Assembly: GCA_902779845.1 (NCBI GenBank)
Contig: CACZCZ010000018.1
Location: 14,747 to 78,746 of the forward strand
Length of the DNA stretch: 64,000 nt
DNA from: an uncultured Bacteroidales bacterium
Lineage (GTDB): Bacteria > Bacteroidota > Bacteroidia > Bacteroidales > Bacteroidaceae
Direction of reading: 5' to 3'
Both the position numbers and the translations under genes were made by a program. The notes below the pieces were generated by a model. The model was given only the letters and a program-made list of their open reading frames with translations. It did no database searches and was not told where the DNA came from. Positions 1 to 11,877 of this stretch are shown one piece after another (positions within the stretch are counted from its first letter, which is position 1; every line of letters starts with the position of its first letter).

Positions 1-1
1 G

Positions 2-163
2 TCATTTCAAGTGACCCAGCGTACGTTGGGCAACTATCTGGGCGAAGACCCCCGCTATGTCTCGCGCGCATTACACGCCCTGCAACAGCAAGGTCTGCTA
101 CACCTCGGACGGGGAATCATTGCAGTGCCGTCGTTCGAAAACCTGCTTAAAGAAACACTTTAA
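2..163 (+). CDS. Crp/Fnr-family transcriptional regulator, C-terminal wHTH fragment (5' part outside window)
   Basis: Frame 2 reads SFQVTQRTLGNYLGEDPRYVSRALHALQQQGLLHLGRGIIAVPSFENLLKETL-stop. This fits the Crp-type HTH recognition-helix pattern. It has no start codon in the window, so it is absent from the ORF track. Confidence 0.5.
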   Translation, partial: SFQVTQRTLGNYLGEDPRYVSRALHALQQQGLLHLGRGIIAVPSFENLLKETL

Positions 164-166
164 CCA

Positions 167-2345
<2,179 letters not shown>

Positions 2346-2359
<14 letters not shown>

Positions 2360-2771
2360 CAAACTCGACCGTCGCTACCTGCGCATGGCGCGCATCTGGA
2401 GCGAAAACAGCTACTGCGTACGCCGACAAGTGGGCGCGCTGATTGTGAAAGACAAGATGATTATCAGCGACGGCTACAACGGCACCCCCTCGGGCTTCGA
2501 AAACATCTGCGAGGAGGACGGAGTCACGAAGCCCTACGTGCTCCACGCCGAGGCCAACGCCATCACCAAGATTGCTCGCTCGGGCAACAACTCCGAGGGC
2601 GCCACGCTCTACGTGACCGACTCCCCCTGCATCGAGTGCTCCAAGCTCATCATCCAGGCCGGCATCCGCCGCGTCGTCTATGCCCGCGACTACCGTCTCT
2701 CCGACGGCATCGACCTGCTGCGCCGTGCCCACATCGAAGTGGAGCACATGCCCATTGAGGGGTATGAGTGA
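2346..2771 (+). CDS. dCMP (deoxycytidylate) deaminase
   Basis: HAEANAI and PCIECSK zinc-binding deaminase motifs. Overlaps the dcp stop by 14 nt. Confidence 0.9.
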
Positions 2772-2819
2772 GGTTTTAAGTTTAAAGTTTAAGAAGTTCA
2801 AAGTTCAAGAAGTTCAAAG
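2772..2819. repeat. GTTCAAG/GTTTAAG array
   Basis: ggttttaagtttaaagtttaagaagttcaaagttcaagaagttcaaagg, after the dCMP deaminase stop. Confidence 0.85.
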
Positions 2820-2831
2820 GTAATTTTTATT

Positions 2832-2868
2832 CTTCATTCATCATTCATCATTCGTCATTCGTCATTCT
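2832..2868. repeat. (CATTCAT/CATTCGT)n heptamer array
   Basis: cttcattcatcattcatcattcgtcattcgtcattc, immediately upstream of the S41 peptidase ATG. Confidence 0.9.
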
Positions 2869-2874
2869 TAAGAA

Positions 2875-4494
2875 ATGAATATCAAGTCCCGTCTCGTCCC
2901 GCTGCTTCTGGCGTTGTCCGTGATTCTCGGCATCGGCATCGGCCTGTTCTATGCCAACCACTTTTCGGGCAACCGTCTGAATATCATCAACACGGGCAGC
3001 AACAAGCTGAACTACCTGCTGCAGATTATCGACAACAACTATGTCGACACCATCAATGTCAACGACCTCGTTGAGGACGCTATGCCCACCATCCTCTCTG
3101 AGCTCGACCCGCACTCCAGCTACATCAGTGCCTCCGAAGCTGAGGAGACGGGTGAAGAGCTGAAAGGCAGTTTCTCCGGCATCGGCGTTCGCTTCACGGT
3201 GCAGAAGGACACCGTCAACGTGATGAACGTCATCAAGGGTGGTCCTTCCGAGAAGGTGGGCGTCCTCGCCGGCGACCGCATCATTGCCGCCGACGACAGC
3301 ACACTCGTCGGCATGGAGAGCCGTGACATCATGAAACGGCTGCGCGGCCCCAAGGACTCCAAGGTGAAACTCACCATCGTGCGCCATGGTTACAAGAAAC
3401 CCATCAACATCACCGTCGTACGCGGCGATGTGCCCGTGGAGAGCGTAGATAGCTACTTCATGCTCAACGACAATACCGGCTACATCTCCATCGAGAGCTT
3501 CGGTGAGACCACTTATCCCGAGATGCTCACAGCGCTAGCTCAGTTGAATATGCGTGGCATGAAAAACCTCGTCATCGACCTACGCGGCAACCGAGGCGGC
3601 TACATGCAAACGGCCATCATGATGGTCAACGAGTTCCTGCCAGGCGGACAGCTGGTCGTCTATACCGAAGGCCGCAAGTCGGCACGCGAGGAATACCGCA
3701 CCGACGGCCGCGGCTCCTTCCAGCAACTGCCGCTCATCGTGCTCGTGGATGAAGGCTCCGCCTCCGCTTCCGAGATCTTCGCCGGTGCCATCCAGGACAA
3801 CGACCGCGGCACCATCATCGGGCGCCGCAGCTTCGGCAAAGGCCTTGTGCAACAGCCCATTGAGTTCAAGGACGGCAGCGTCGTCCGCCTCACCATCGCC
3901 CGCTACTACACGCCCTCCGGCCGCTGCATCCAGAAGCCTTATGAGAAGGGCAAGGGCGAGGAGTACGAGAACGACCTCATGGCCCGCTACGAACGCGGCG
4001 AGTTCTTCTCCGCCGACAGCATCCATCAGGACGGCCCCGAGTACAAGACGCGCATCGGGCGCACCGTCTATGGTGGTGGTGGCATTATGCCAGACATCTT
4101 CATCCCCGAAGACACCACGCTCTACACCAGCTACTACAAGGAAGCGCAATTCTCGGGCCTCACCATCCAGTACGCCTTCCTCTTCACCGACCAGCATCGC
4201 GAGCAGCTCATGAGCTTCAAGAATGTAGGCGCCATGGAGGCGTGGCTCAAGCGCCAGAACCTCTTGGAGCAGTTTGCCCGCTACGGCGAAGAACACGGCC
4301 TCAAGCGCCGCAACCTGATGCTGCAGCGCAGCGCTCCACTCTTTGAGCGTTCACTCATCGCCAACATCATCTACAATGCCCAGGACCAGCAGTGGCGCCT
4401 GCAATATCTCAGCAAGGAAGACCCCACCATCCAACGCGCCATCCAACTCTTCGAAGCTGGCGAATCCGTGCCTACGCTGCCCAGCGAGGAATAA
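2875..4494 (+). CDS. S41-family C-terminal processing peptidase (PDZ domain)
   Basis: N-terminal membrane anchor, a PDZ-like segment, and the DLRGNRGGY and GSASASEIFAGA motifs typical of Ctp/Prc peptidases. Confidence 0.9.
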   Translation: MNIKSRLVPLLLALSVILGIGIGLFYANHFSGNRLNIINTGSNKLNYLLQIIDNNYVDTINVNDLVEDAMPTILSELDPHSSYISASEAEETGEELKGSFSGIGVRFTVQKDTVNVMNVIKGGPSEKVGVLAGDRIIAADDSTLVGMESRDIMKRLRGPKDSKVKLTIVRHGYKKPINITVVRGDVPVESVDSYFMLNDNTGYISIESFGETTYPEMLTALAQLNMRGMKNLVIDLRGNRGGYMQTAIMMVNEFLPGGQLVVYTEGRKSAREEYRTDGRGSFQQLPLIVLVDEGSASASEIFAGAIQDNDRGTIIGRRSFGKGLVQQPIEFKDGSVVRLTIARYYTPSGRCIQKPYEKGKGEEYENDLMARYERGEFFSADSIHQDGPEYKTRIGRTVYGGGGIMPDIFIPEDTTLYTSYYKEAQFSGLTIQYAFLFTDQHREQLMSFKNVGAMEAWLKRQNLLEQFARYGEEHGLKRRNLMLQRSAPLFERSLIANIIYNAQDQQWRLQYLSKEDPTIQRAIQLFEAGESVPTLPSEE

Positions 4495-4499
4495 CGTAT

Positions 4500-5033
4500 A
4501 TGACCAAGTCTGAAGTCCGACAGGAGATTCGTCGCCGCAAGGCAGCCTGCTCTGCAGAGGAGCGGGCACTGCTGTCGCGCGAGGTGATTGCCAAGCTCGT
4601 GGCCACCCCACAATGGCAGCAGGCCCAAACCGTCCTGCTCTACCACTCCCTGCCCGATGAGGTCGCGACACACGACCTCATCACCGAAGCCCTGTCCGCA
4701 GGCAAGCGCGTCCTGCTGCCCGTTGTCGTGGGCGACGACCTCGAGCTCCGCTTCCTGCCCACTCCCGATGCCCTCCGCGAAGGCGCCTTCCACATCCTGG
4801 AGCCCACGGGCGCCCCCTTCACCGACTACGCCGCCATCGACCTCGCCGTCATCCCCGGCGTTGCTTTCACCCCCGATGGCCGTCGTCTCGGTCGTGGCCG
4901 CGGCTACTACGACCGTCTCCTCGCCCATTTCCCCCAATCCCCCTACCTCATCGGCCTCTGCTGGCCCTTCCAGCTCCTTGCCGACCTCCCCACCGAGCCC
5001 CACGACCTCACCATGCACGCCGTCATCGCCTGA
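4500..5033 (+). CDS. 5-formyltetrahydrofolate cyclo-ligase
   Basis: MTKSEVRQEIRRRK N-terminus and the GVAFTPDGRRLGRGRGYYDRLL motif. ATG at 4500 is preferred over the upstream alternative start at 4392, which overlaps the S41 gene. Confidence 0.85.
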   Translation: MTKSEVRQEIRRRKAACSAEERALLSREVIAKLVATPQWQQAQTVLLYHSLPDEVATHDLITEALSAGKRVLLPVVVGDDLELRFLPTPDALREGAFHILEPTGAPFTDYAAIDLAVIPGVAFTPDGRRLGRGRGYYDRLLAHFPQSPYLIGLCWPFQLLADLPTEPHDLTMHAVIA

Positions 5034-5056
5034 CCGCACATCCTCTTCTTCTGCCA

Positions 5057-5347
5057 CTACCTCAGCACAATCTTTTCGATGACTTGGGCGCCGACGTACT
5101 CATTGAGACGACGGACAAGCATGGCACGGCCGGCCATCAGCTCAGCACGCAGGACGGAGCTGGTGAGATGTACGTAGAGGATGCGGTTGCGAATCTGTAC
5201 ATCCGCCGTGTGACGCGCCACACCGGGCCCCATCACCTCTGGCCACGCCTCCACAAGACGATACTCGTTGTAGGGGGTCTCCAGGCCCTCTTCGCGCAGG
5301 AACTGCCGCACGAGCTGGCCTACGGCTTCTGCTTTCTGCTTCCTCAT
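5057..5347 (-). CDS. DUF721-domain protein (recF-linked)
   Basis: 96-aa ORF overlapping the recF stop by 4 nt. This is the typical recF-DUF721 arrangement. Confidence 0.75.
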   Translation of the reverse strand: MRKQKAEAVGQLVRQFLREEGLETPYNEYRLVEAWPEVMGPGVARHTADVQIRNRILYVHLTSSVLRAELMAGRAMLVRRLNEYVGAQVIEKIVLR

Positions 5348-6444
5348 TCCTCTATCCTCCCCTGACTGACGTGAAACAATCGGTAGTCGCCGCCCATCTG
5401 TGCCAGAATTTGGTCGAGATGGTCGCGGTTGGTGTCGGTGATGAAAATCTGCCCGAAGCTGTCGCCCGAGACGAGGCGCACAATCTGCTCCACGCGGCTG
5501 GCATCGAGCTTATCGAAGATATCGTCCAAGAGCAAGAGCGGCGTGGTCTTGCTGCCCGTGCGCCGCAGGAAATCAAACTGCGCCAGCTTCAAGGCGATGA
5601 GATAGGTCTTGTTCTGCCCCTGCGAACCCTCGCGCTTGATGGGGAAACCGCCCAGCGTCATCTCCAGTTCGTCCTTGTGAATGCCATGCAGCGAGTAGCC
5701 CATCACAAGGTCCTTGGCACGGTCGCGCTGAATAACCTCCAGCAGCGGACCGCGCTGGGCATGGGAGACATACTGCAAGCCCACCTGCTCCTTGTCCTGA
5801 CTGACATGAGCGTAAATCTGCTGAAAGACAGGTTTGAAGGCCTCCACATAACGCGCCCGAGCCTCATAGACAATGGTGCCATAGCGTGCCATCTCCTCCT
5901 CCCACAGCGCCAGCAGGTCGAGATCCGGACCAGGCTCCTCTATCTTCAACAGAGCATTGCGCTGTTGCAGGGCCTTGTTGTAGCTCATGAGGGCATCAAG
6001 GTAGCGGCGGTCGGTCTGCGAGATGACGACGTCCATGAAGCGACGGCGCTCTTCGCTGCCCCCGCTGATGAGCAGGCTGTCCAATGGCGACACCATCACC
6101 AACGGCAGCAGGCCGATGTGCTCGGCCAAGCGCTTGTAGGGCTTCTTGTTGCGCTTCAGCTGTTTCTTTGTGCCGCGCTTCATCCCCATATAAATCTCCT
6201 CGGGCGTTCCGTCCTCATGGACATACTGCCCCTGCAGGACGGCGAAGTCGGCATCGTGGTGAATGCAGGCGCTGTCAGCAGCTCCGGTCGAGCTTTTGCA
6301 GAGCGACAGGAAATAGATTGCGTCCAGCAGGTTCGTCTTGCCCTCGCCGTTGCTACCGATGAAACAGTTCATCTTCGGAGAGAACGTGAGATCAGCCTGA
6401 TGGATGTTCTTATAATGTAGGATAGAAAGCTCACGGAGCACCAT
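5344..6444 (-). CDS. recF: DNA replication and repair protein RecF
   Basis: Walker A GSNGEGKTNLLDAIY and an SMC-like C-terminal LLLDDIFDKLD motif. ATG at 6444 (MVLRELSILHYKN) is preferred over the GTG at 6474. Confidence 0.9.
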   Translation of the reverse strand: MVLRELSILHYKNIHQADLTFSPKMNCFIGSNGEGKTNLLDAIYFLSLCKSSTGAADSACIHHDADFAVLQGQYVHEDGTPEEIYMGMKRGTKKQLKRNKKPYKRLAEHIGLLPLVMVSPLDSLLISGGSEERRRFMDVVISQTDRRYLDALMSYNKALQQRNALLKIEEPGPDLDLLALWEEEMARYGTIVYEARARYVEAFKPVFQQIYAHVSQDKEQVGLQYVSHAQRGPLLEVIQRDRAKDLVMGYSLHGIHKDELEMTLGGFPIKREGSQGQNKTYLIALKLAQFDFLRRTGSKTTPLLLLDDIFDKLDASRVEQIVRLVSGDSFGQIFITDTNRDHLDQILAQMGGDYRLFHVSQGRIEE

Positions 6445-6545
6445 GAAACCAGCACTTTTCGAATAAAACGCCACAAAGGTAGTTAAATAATGGCGTAAAA
6501 CATGAAATATTACCCCAAAAAGTTGAGCATCCCAAAGAATTTAAC

Positions 6546-6553
6546 TACTTTTG
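6546..6553 (+). promoter_or_regulatory. -7 promoter box TACTTTTG (TPR protein, ribH, smpB)
   Basis: TAnnTTTG match 66 nt upstream of the ATG at 6619. Confidence 0.45.
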
Positions 6554-6618
6554 CGGCGCTTTTTGCAGGCGTCACGCCTGCGTTCCTCGAAATAACAACA
6601 AAAAACATATCAAAAACA

Positions 6619-7296
6619 ATGGCAAAGAAAGAACAACAGAACGTGGCTGTCGAGAACATCGAAGCCGTGACCAAGACTGAAGCAATCATCGACAAGTACA
6701 AGAAGCACATCGTGTATGGCATCTGTGCCATCATCGTCATCGCTGCTGCCATCATCGCTTATGTGCAGTTCGTCAGCAAGCCCCGTACACAGAAGGCCAA
6801 CGAAGCCCTCTTCCGCTGCGAGACCTACTTCCAGGCTGACAACTACGAGAAGGCCCTCAACGGCGACGGTCAGGATTGCATCGGTTTCCTGAAAATCATC
6901 GACGAGTACGGCTGCACAGATGCCGCCAACCTCGCAAAGCTCTATGCTGGCGTGAGCTATGCTCAGATGCAGAAGTACGACGAGGCCGCCAAGATGCTGG
7001 AGGACTTCGACCTTCAGGATGACGCCGTCATCTCACCCGCTGCCCTCGGCGCTCTCGGCAACGTCTATGCTCAGCTTGGCCAGAACGACAAGGCCATCAA
7101 GACCCTGCTGAAAGCTGCTAAGCTCGCTGACAGCGACAGCCTCACCCCGACCTTCCTGATTCAGGCTGGCGAGCTCTACGAGGCTGAAGGTCAGCCCGAG
7201 AAGGCCCTCGCCCTCTACAACCAGATCAAGAAAGAGTACGTCAACTCCATCGCTTATCAGGAGATTGACAAGTACATCGAGCGCGTCAGCAAGTAA
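6619..7296 (+). CDS. Tetratricopeptide-repeat membrane protein (YfgM-like)
   Basis: MAKKEQQ start at 6619, downstream of the TACTTTTG box at 6546. One TM helix followed by TPR-like helical repeats. Confidence 0.7.
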   Translation: MAKKEQQNVAVENIEAVTKTEAIIDKYKKHIVYGICAIIVIAAAIIAYVQFVSKPRTQKANEALFRCETYFQADNYEKALNGDGQDCIGFLKIIDEYGCTDAANLAKLYAGVSYAQMQKYDEAAKMLEDFDLQDDAVISPAALGALGNVYAQLGQNDKAIKTLLKAAKLADSDSLTPTFLIQAGELYEAEGQPEKALALYNQIKKEYVNSIAYQEIDKYIERVSK

Positions 7297-7298
7297 TC

Positions 7299-7784
7299 AT
7301 GGCAACAGCCTATCACCATCTCTCCGACTACGATGCCGCATCCATTCCCTCCACCGAGGGGATGCGCTTCGGCATCGTCGTCGCAGACTGGAATGACCGC
7401 TACACTTATGCAATGGCCGAAGCCGCCATTGACACATTGCGAACTCACGGTGTCAGCGAAAGTGACATCATTGTAAAACACGTCCCGGGCAGCTTCGAGC
7501 TGGTCTATGGTGCTACCTGGATGACCCAGAACCTGAGCGTTGATGCAGTCATCGCCATCGGCTGTGTCATCCGTGGCGACACCCCTCACTTCGACTACAT
7601 CTGTCAAGGCACCACACAAGGTTTGGCAGAGTTGAACCTCCGTGGCGAGATTCCCGTCATCTACGGTCTCCTCACCTGCAACACCCCCGAGCAGGCTGAA
7701 GCGCGCACGGGCGGCGTCCTCGGCAACAAAGGCACGGAGTGCGCCGTCACGGCCATCAAGATGGTGGCTTACGGTAAGAAATAA
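7299..7784 (+). CDS. ribH: 6,7-dimethyl-8-ribityllumazine synthase
   Basis: [16 protein letters not shown] and [14 protein letters not shown] motifs. Confidence 0.95.
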   Translation: MATAYHHLSDYDAASIPSTEGMRFGIVVADWNDRYTYAMAEAAIDTLRTHGVSESDIIVKHVPGSFELVYGATWMTQNLSVDAVIAIGCVIRGDTPHFDYICQGTTQGLAELNLRGEIPVIYGLLTCNTPEQAEARTGGVLGNKGTECAVTAIKMVAYGKK

Positions 7785-8252
7785 GTGGCAAAAGAGAAAC
7801 AGAAAACCATCAATATCAAAAACCGCAAGGCGGAGTTTGATTACTATTTGATGGAGAAATACACCGCAGGACTGGTGTTGACGGGCACGGAGATTAAGAG
7901 TATCCGACTCGGCAAGGCCAGTCTTGTTGATACATATTGTGTCATCATTCAGGGTGAAGTGTGGGTCAAGAATATGAATATCGCACAGTATTTCTACGGC
8001 ACCTACAACAACCACGCTGCACGGCGCGACCGCAAGCTGCTCCTGAACCGCCGCGAGATCCACCGCCTGCAGAACGCCACCAAGAGCCCGGGCTTCACCA
8101 TCGTCCCCACGCTCCTCTTCATCGACGAGAACGGGCGCGCAAAACTCGACATTCATCTGGCCCGAGGCAAGCACGCCTACGACAAGCGCGAGACCCTCAA
8201 AGAAAAGGAGGACCGACGCGACATCAGCCGACAATTCAAGCACAACTATTAG
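7785..8252 (+). CDS. smpB: SsrA-binding protein SmpB
   Basis: [29 protein letters not shown] signature. GTG start lies immediately after the ribH stop. Confidence 0.9.
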   Translation: MAKEKQKTINIKNRKAEFDYYLMEKYTAGLVLTGTEIKSIRLGKASLVDTYCVIIQGEVWVKNMNIAQYFYGTYNNHAARRDRKLLLNRREIHRLQNATKSPGFTIVPTLLFIDENGRAKLDIHLARGKHAYDKRETLKEKEDRRDISRQFKHNY

Positions 8253-8285
8253 CGTGCCCGAAAGTTCCGCTTTCGGGATAGTCCT

Positions 8286-11234
8286 ATGAAAGCCCCACAC
8301 GCCCTCTCCCCGCTCCGTGAAGCCATCGCCCAACGCCGCCCCCTCATCCTTGACGGGGCGATGGGAACGATGATTCAATCCTATCACCTGAGCGAAGCGG
8401 ACTATCGTGGCACGGCTGACGGCTGCAGCCGCACATTCGCCGAGCTCCCCGGACAGCAGACGGGCAACAACGACCTGCTCTGCCTCACCCGCCCCGACAT
8501 CATTGCCGACATCCACCGACGCTACCTCGAAGCGGGCGCGGACATCATCACCACCAACACCTTCAATGCCCAGCGCATCTCGCTCGCCGACTACGGCTGC
8601 GAACATCTGGTGCGCGACATCAACCTCGCCGCCGTGCGCATCGCCCGCGAAAGCTGCGCACAAGCTACTCGGCTCCCCGATGCCATGAGACAGACGGCGG
8701 GGCCTTTCGTTGTCGGCTCCGTAGGTCCTACGAACAAATCGCTGTCGATGAGCCCCGACATCAACGACCCGGCTCTTCGCGCCATCACCTTCGACAACCT
8801 CGCCGAAGCCTACACCGAGCAGATGACGGCCCTCATCGAGGGAGGTGTGGATGCCCTGCTGCTGGAGACCTGCTTCGACACGCTCAATGCCAAAGCAGCA
8901 CTCTATGCCGCCGAGGAAACCATGCGCAGGACTGGCAGACGCTGTCCCGTCATGCTCTCTGCCACCGTTAGCGACCGTGCCGGTCGTCTGCTTAGCGGAC
9001 AAACACTCGAAGCCTTCTTCATCTCCGTCAGCCACGCACCACTCCTGAGCATCGGACTCAACTGCTCTTTCGGCGCTGAGGAGATGCTGCCGCATATCCG
9101 CACGCTCAGGAAACTCGTCAATGCCCACAACACTCGCGCGCGCGTACCTATTTATATTAGTGCCCATCCCAACGCCGGCCTCCCCAATCAACTGGGACAG
9201 TACGACGAGACGCCGGAGCTCATGGCCTCGCACGTCAGTCCCTTCTTGGAAGAAGGGCTTGTAGATATCATCGGCGGCTGCTGCGGCACAACCGATGAAC
9301 ACATCAGAGAGATCAAGAAAATGACCCTCTCCCTGCTCTCCAGCGAGAAGAAGAACAATGCTATCGCTCCGAAGCTGCGCGCCAGCCACCTCCCCTCCCT
9401 CACGGGAGGGGCTGGGGGTGGGTCATTTTCAGGCCTGGAGCCTCTAACGCTCACGCCCGAAGTGGCTTTCATCAATGTCGGCGAACGATGCAATGTCGCA
9501 GGTTCGCGCAAGTTCCTGCGTCTAATCAAGGAGAAGAACTACGAGGAAGCAGTGGAGATAGCCCGCAAGCAGGTGGAGGACGGTGCCCTGGTGCTGGACA
9601 TCAATCTTGATGACGGCCTGCTGGACACGCGCGCCGAGATGTGCCACTTCCTGAACCTGCTGGCAGCAGAACCCGACATCTGCCGCGTGCCCTTCATGGT
9701 TGACTCGTCACGTTGGGACGTCATCCGTGCAGCGCTGGGCTGCATACAAGGAAAGTGCATCGTGAACAGCATCTCGCTCAAGGAGGGCGAGGCAGTCTTC
9801 CTGGAACATGCACGCGAGATACATCGCATGGGAGCTGCCGTCATCGTGATGGCCTTCGACGAAGAAGGACAGGCCTCTACCTTCAAGCGTCGCATCGCCG
9901 TGTGTGAACGCGCCTATCACCTGCTCACCGAACAAGCCGACTTCCCTGCAGAAGACATCATCTTCGACCCCAATATCCTGGCCATTGCCACTGGTATGCC
10001 GGAGCACGACCGCTACGCGCTCGACTTCATCCGTGCCACGGCATGGATCAAGGAACATCTGCCCGGCGCACACGTCAGTGGCGGCGTCAGCAACCTCAGC
10101 TTCTCATTCCGAGGCAACAACTACCTTCGCGAAGCCATGCACGCCGTGTTCCTCTACCACGCCCGAAAGGCTGGCATGGACATGGCCATCGTCAACCCTG
10201 CCACATCTGTCACCTATGCCGACATCCCCGCCGACCAGCTTGAAGTCATCGAAGATGCCATTCTGGCGAGAAGGGATGATGCCTGCGAGCGATTGATAGA
10301 AGACACAATCCTCGCTCGGCCCCAAGGGACGCTCGACACTTCGAGGACCTCTCCTGATAGGGAGGGGGATGCTGGCTCACAGTTCTCGGGCAATAGCGAG
10401 GCCCTCCCACTCACGGGGAAACAGGGAGAAGGTCTCCAGTCCATTGCATCCCGCCTCATTTCTGCCCTGCGCCGAGGCATCACCGACACGCTGGAGGCTG
10501 ACCTCGCAGAGGCGCTCAATGAATACCCGTCGCCCATCGCCATCATCGAAGGGCCGCTGATGGAAGGAATGAATCTCGTGGGCAAGCTGTTTGGCGAGGG
10601 AAAGATGTTCCTGCCACAAGTGGTGAAGACAGCTCGCACCATGAAGCGCGCCGTGGAGATTCTGCAACCCGCCATCACAGCAGCTTCCCGTTCTGACGAG
10701 GGGGACCAGGGGACAAGTCGTCCCAAGATCCTTGTGGCCACGGTCAAAGGCGATGTCCACGACATCGGCAAGAACATCGTGGCAACCGTGATGGCGTGCA
10801 ACGGCTACGAGGTGATAGACCTCGGCGTGATGGTGCCTGCAGAAACCATTGTGAAAAAGACGCTGGAGCTGAAGCCGGATGTCATAGGCCTTTCTGGACT
10901 TATCACGCCTTCGCTCGAAGAGATGGTGCACACCGTTCATCTGTTGGACGAGGCGGGCATCAACATCCCGGTGATGATTGGCGGCGCCACCACAAGCGCC
11001 CTGCACACCGCCCTGAAGATAGCCCCCGTCTACCACGGCCCTGTCCTCCACGTGTGCGATGCATCGCAGAACGCACCCCTCGCAGCCCCCTTCCTGAACC
11101 CCGCCACGCAGGCTGAAGCACAGGATGCGCTGACCAAGGAGCAAGCAGCCCTGCGTGCCCAGGCCGAAGACAAGAAGCATGCAGACCTCACGTCCTTCGA
11201 AGAGGCACGTGCCAAGAAACCTAAGTACTTCTAA
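8286..11234 (+). CDS. metH: Cobalamin-dependent methionine synthase (short form without an AdoMet activation domain)
   Basis: Hcy S-methyltransferase, pterin-binding, B12 cap and B12-binding (GDVHDIGKNIV) regions occur in order. Two repeat-derived inserts lie in the interdomain linkers. Confidence 0.95.
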   Translation: MKAPHALSPLREAIAQRRPLILDGAMGTMIQSYHLSEADYRGTADGCSRTFAELPGQQTGNNDLLCLTRPDIIADIHRRYLEAGADIITTNTFNAQRISLADYGCEHLVRDINLAAVRIARESCAQATRLPDAMRQTAGPFVVGSVGPTNKSLSMSPDINDPALRAITFDNLAEAYTEQMTALIEGGVDALLLETCFDTLNAKAALYAAEETMRRTGRRCPVMLSATVSDRAGRLLSGQTLEAFFISVSHAPLLSIGLNCSFGAEEMLPHIRTLRKLVNAHNTRARVPIYISAHPNAGLPNQLGQYDETPELMASHVSPFLEEGLVDIIGGCCGTTDEHIREIKKMTLSLLSSEKKNNAIAPKLRASHLPSLTGGAGGGSFSGLEPLTLTPEVAFINVGERCNVAGSRKFLRLIKEKNYEEAVEIARKQVEDGALVLDINLDDGLLDTRAEMCHFLNLLAAEPDICRVPFMVDSSRWDVIRAALGCIQGKCIVNSISLKEGEAVFLEHAREIHRMGAAVIVMAFDEEGQASTFKRRIAVCERAYHLLTEQADFPAEDIIFDPNILAIATGMPEHDRYALDFIRATAWIKEHLPGAHVSGGVSNLSFSFRGNNYLREAMHAVFLYHARKAGMDMAIVNPATSVTYADIPADQLEVIEDAILARRDDACERLIEDTILARPQGTLDTSRTSPDREGDAGSQFSGNSEALPLTGKQGEGLQSIASRLISALRRGITDTLEADLAEALNEYPSPIAIIEGPLMEGMNLVGKLFGEGKMFLPQVVKTARTMKRAVEILQPAITAASRSDEGDQGTSRPKILVATVKGDVHDIGKNIVATVMACNGYEVIDLGVMVPAETIVKKTLELKPDVIGLSGLITPSLEEMVHTVHLLDEAGINIPVMIGGATTSALHTALKIAPVYHGPVLHVCDASQNAPLAAPFLNPATQAEAQDALTKEQAALRAQAEDKKHADLTSFEEARAKKPKYF
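9389..9424. repeat. GC-rich hairpin element inside metH (CCCCTCCC-TCAC-GGGAGGGG + CTGGGGGTGGG)
   Basis: Perfect 8-bp stem, 9392-9399 pairing with 9404-9411. Encodes HLPSLTGGAGGGSF just before the conserved SGLEPL. Confidence 0.85.
10311..10437. repeat. Composite repeat-derived insert inside metH
   Basis: GCTCGGCCCCAAGGGACGCTCGAC (a variant of the dcp and guaA module) plus GGGAGGGGG / CCCTCCC hairpin-like pieces. Encodes ARPQGTLDTSRTSPDREGDAGSQFSGNSEALPLTGKQGEG. Confidence 0.75.
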
Positions 11235-11235
11235 A

Positions 11236-11270
11236 GCCCCCCTAACCCCTCCCGTAAGGGAGAGGGGCTC
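11236..11270. repeat. GC-rich hairpin element downstream of metH (possible terminator)
   Basis: CCCCTAACCCCTCCC-GTAA-GGGAGAGGGGCT. Confidence 0.7.
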
Positions 11271-11322
11271 TAGCTAATAGCCCTAAATTATACATTATCA
11301 TCTATACATTGTCCATTAAATC

Positions 11323-11853
11323 ATGTTGCCAAGTATTTCTGACTCCAAACTGAAAGCCGCTGCCTCCGAGGGCATGGATGCTTTCTTCACGCTCATCACA
11401 GATACGCTGCTCGAAGCCATCGGTGGCGAACTGAATGCCGCGACCATGCAGGAACTCAACAGCGAACAAATCACGCTGCTCGCCTACAGAATGCTGCGCG
11501 ACGAAGTGATGGACGGCGGCTTCATCCAGCTCATCCACAATGGTCTTGGTCCCTTCATCTTCTTGAATCCCTTTGCCAAAGCCATGCGTCTGTGGGGTGA
11601 AGAGATAGAGACCGAGGGTACCACCATCCTCCACGATTTCTCCAAGCTCATCTACAAAGGTCGCAAGCTCTTTGAACAATATGGCGAAGAACTCACCCGC
11701 CCCTGCAGCGACGAGGAGTTCATGGCGCTCTTCGAGCAATACCCTGCATTTGATGACTTAGACGATGCCTTCATCGAAGCAGAAGAAGACATCACCACGC
11801 TCATCGCCTACTACATCGATAAGCATATCGGCGACTTTGTTGAAATCAGCTAA
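11323..11853 (+). CDS. DUF4375 / DMP19-like protein
   Basis: 176-aa ORF with a DGGFIQLIHNG motif reminiscent of the DMP19/DUF4375 family. The family assignment is from memory only. Confidence 0.55.
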   Translation: MLPSISDSKLKAAASEGMDAFFTLITDTLLEAIGGELNAATMQELNSEQITLLAYRMLRDEVMDGGFIQLIHNGLGPFIFLNPFAKAMRLWGEEIETEGTTILHDFSKLIYKGRKLFEQYGEELTRPCSDEEFMALFEQYPAFDDLDDAFIEAEEDITTLIAYYIDKHIGDFVEIS

Positions 11854-11877
11854 GTACACCGTTACTAAAAGAACTTG

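Noticed and set aside
7257-9389. 710-aa ORF on the minus strand spanning ribH, smpB and the 5' part of metH.
   Set aside because: It is antisense to three genes with unambiguous family motifs. Its composition, rich in Ala, Gly, Val, Arg and Asp, is typical of stop-poor shadow frames in GC-rich DNA, and it has no recognisable motif.
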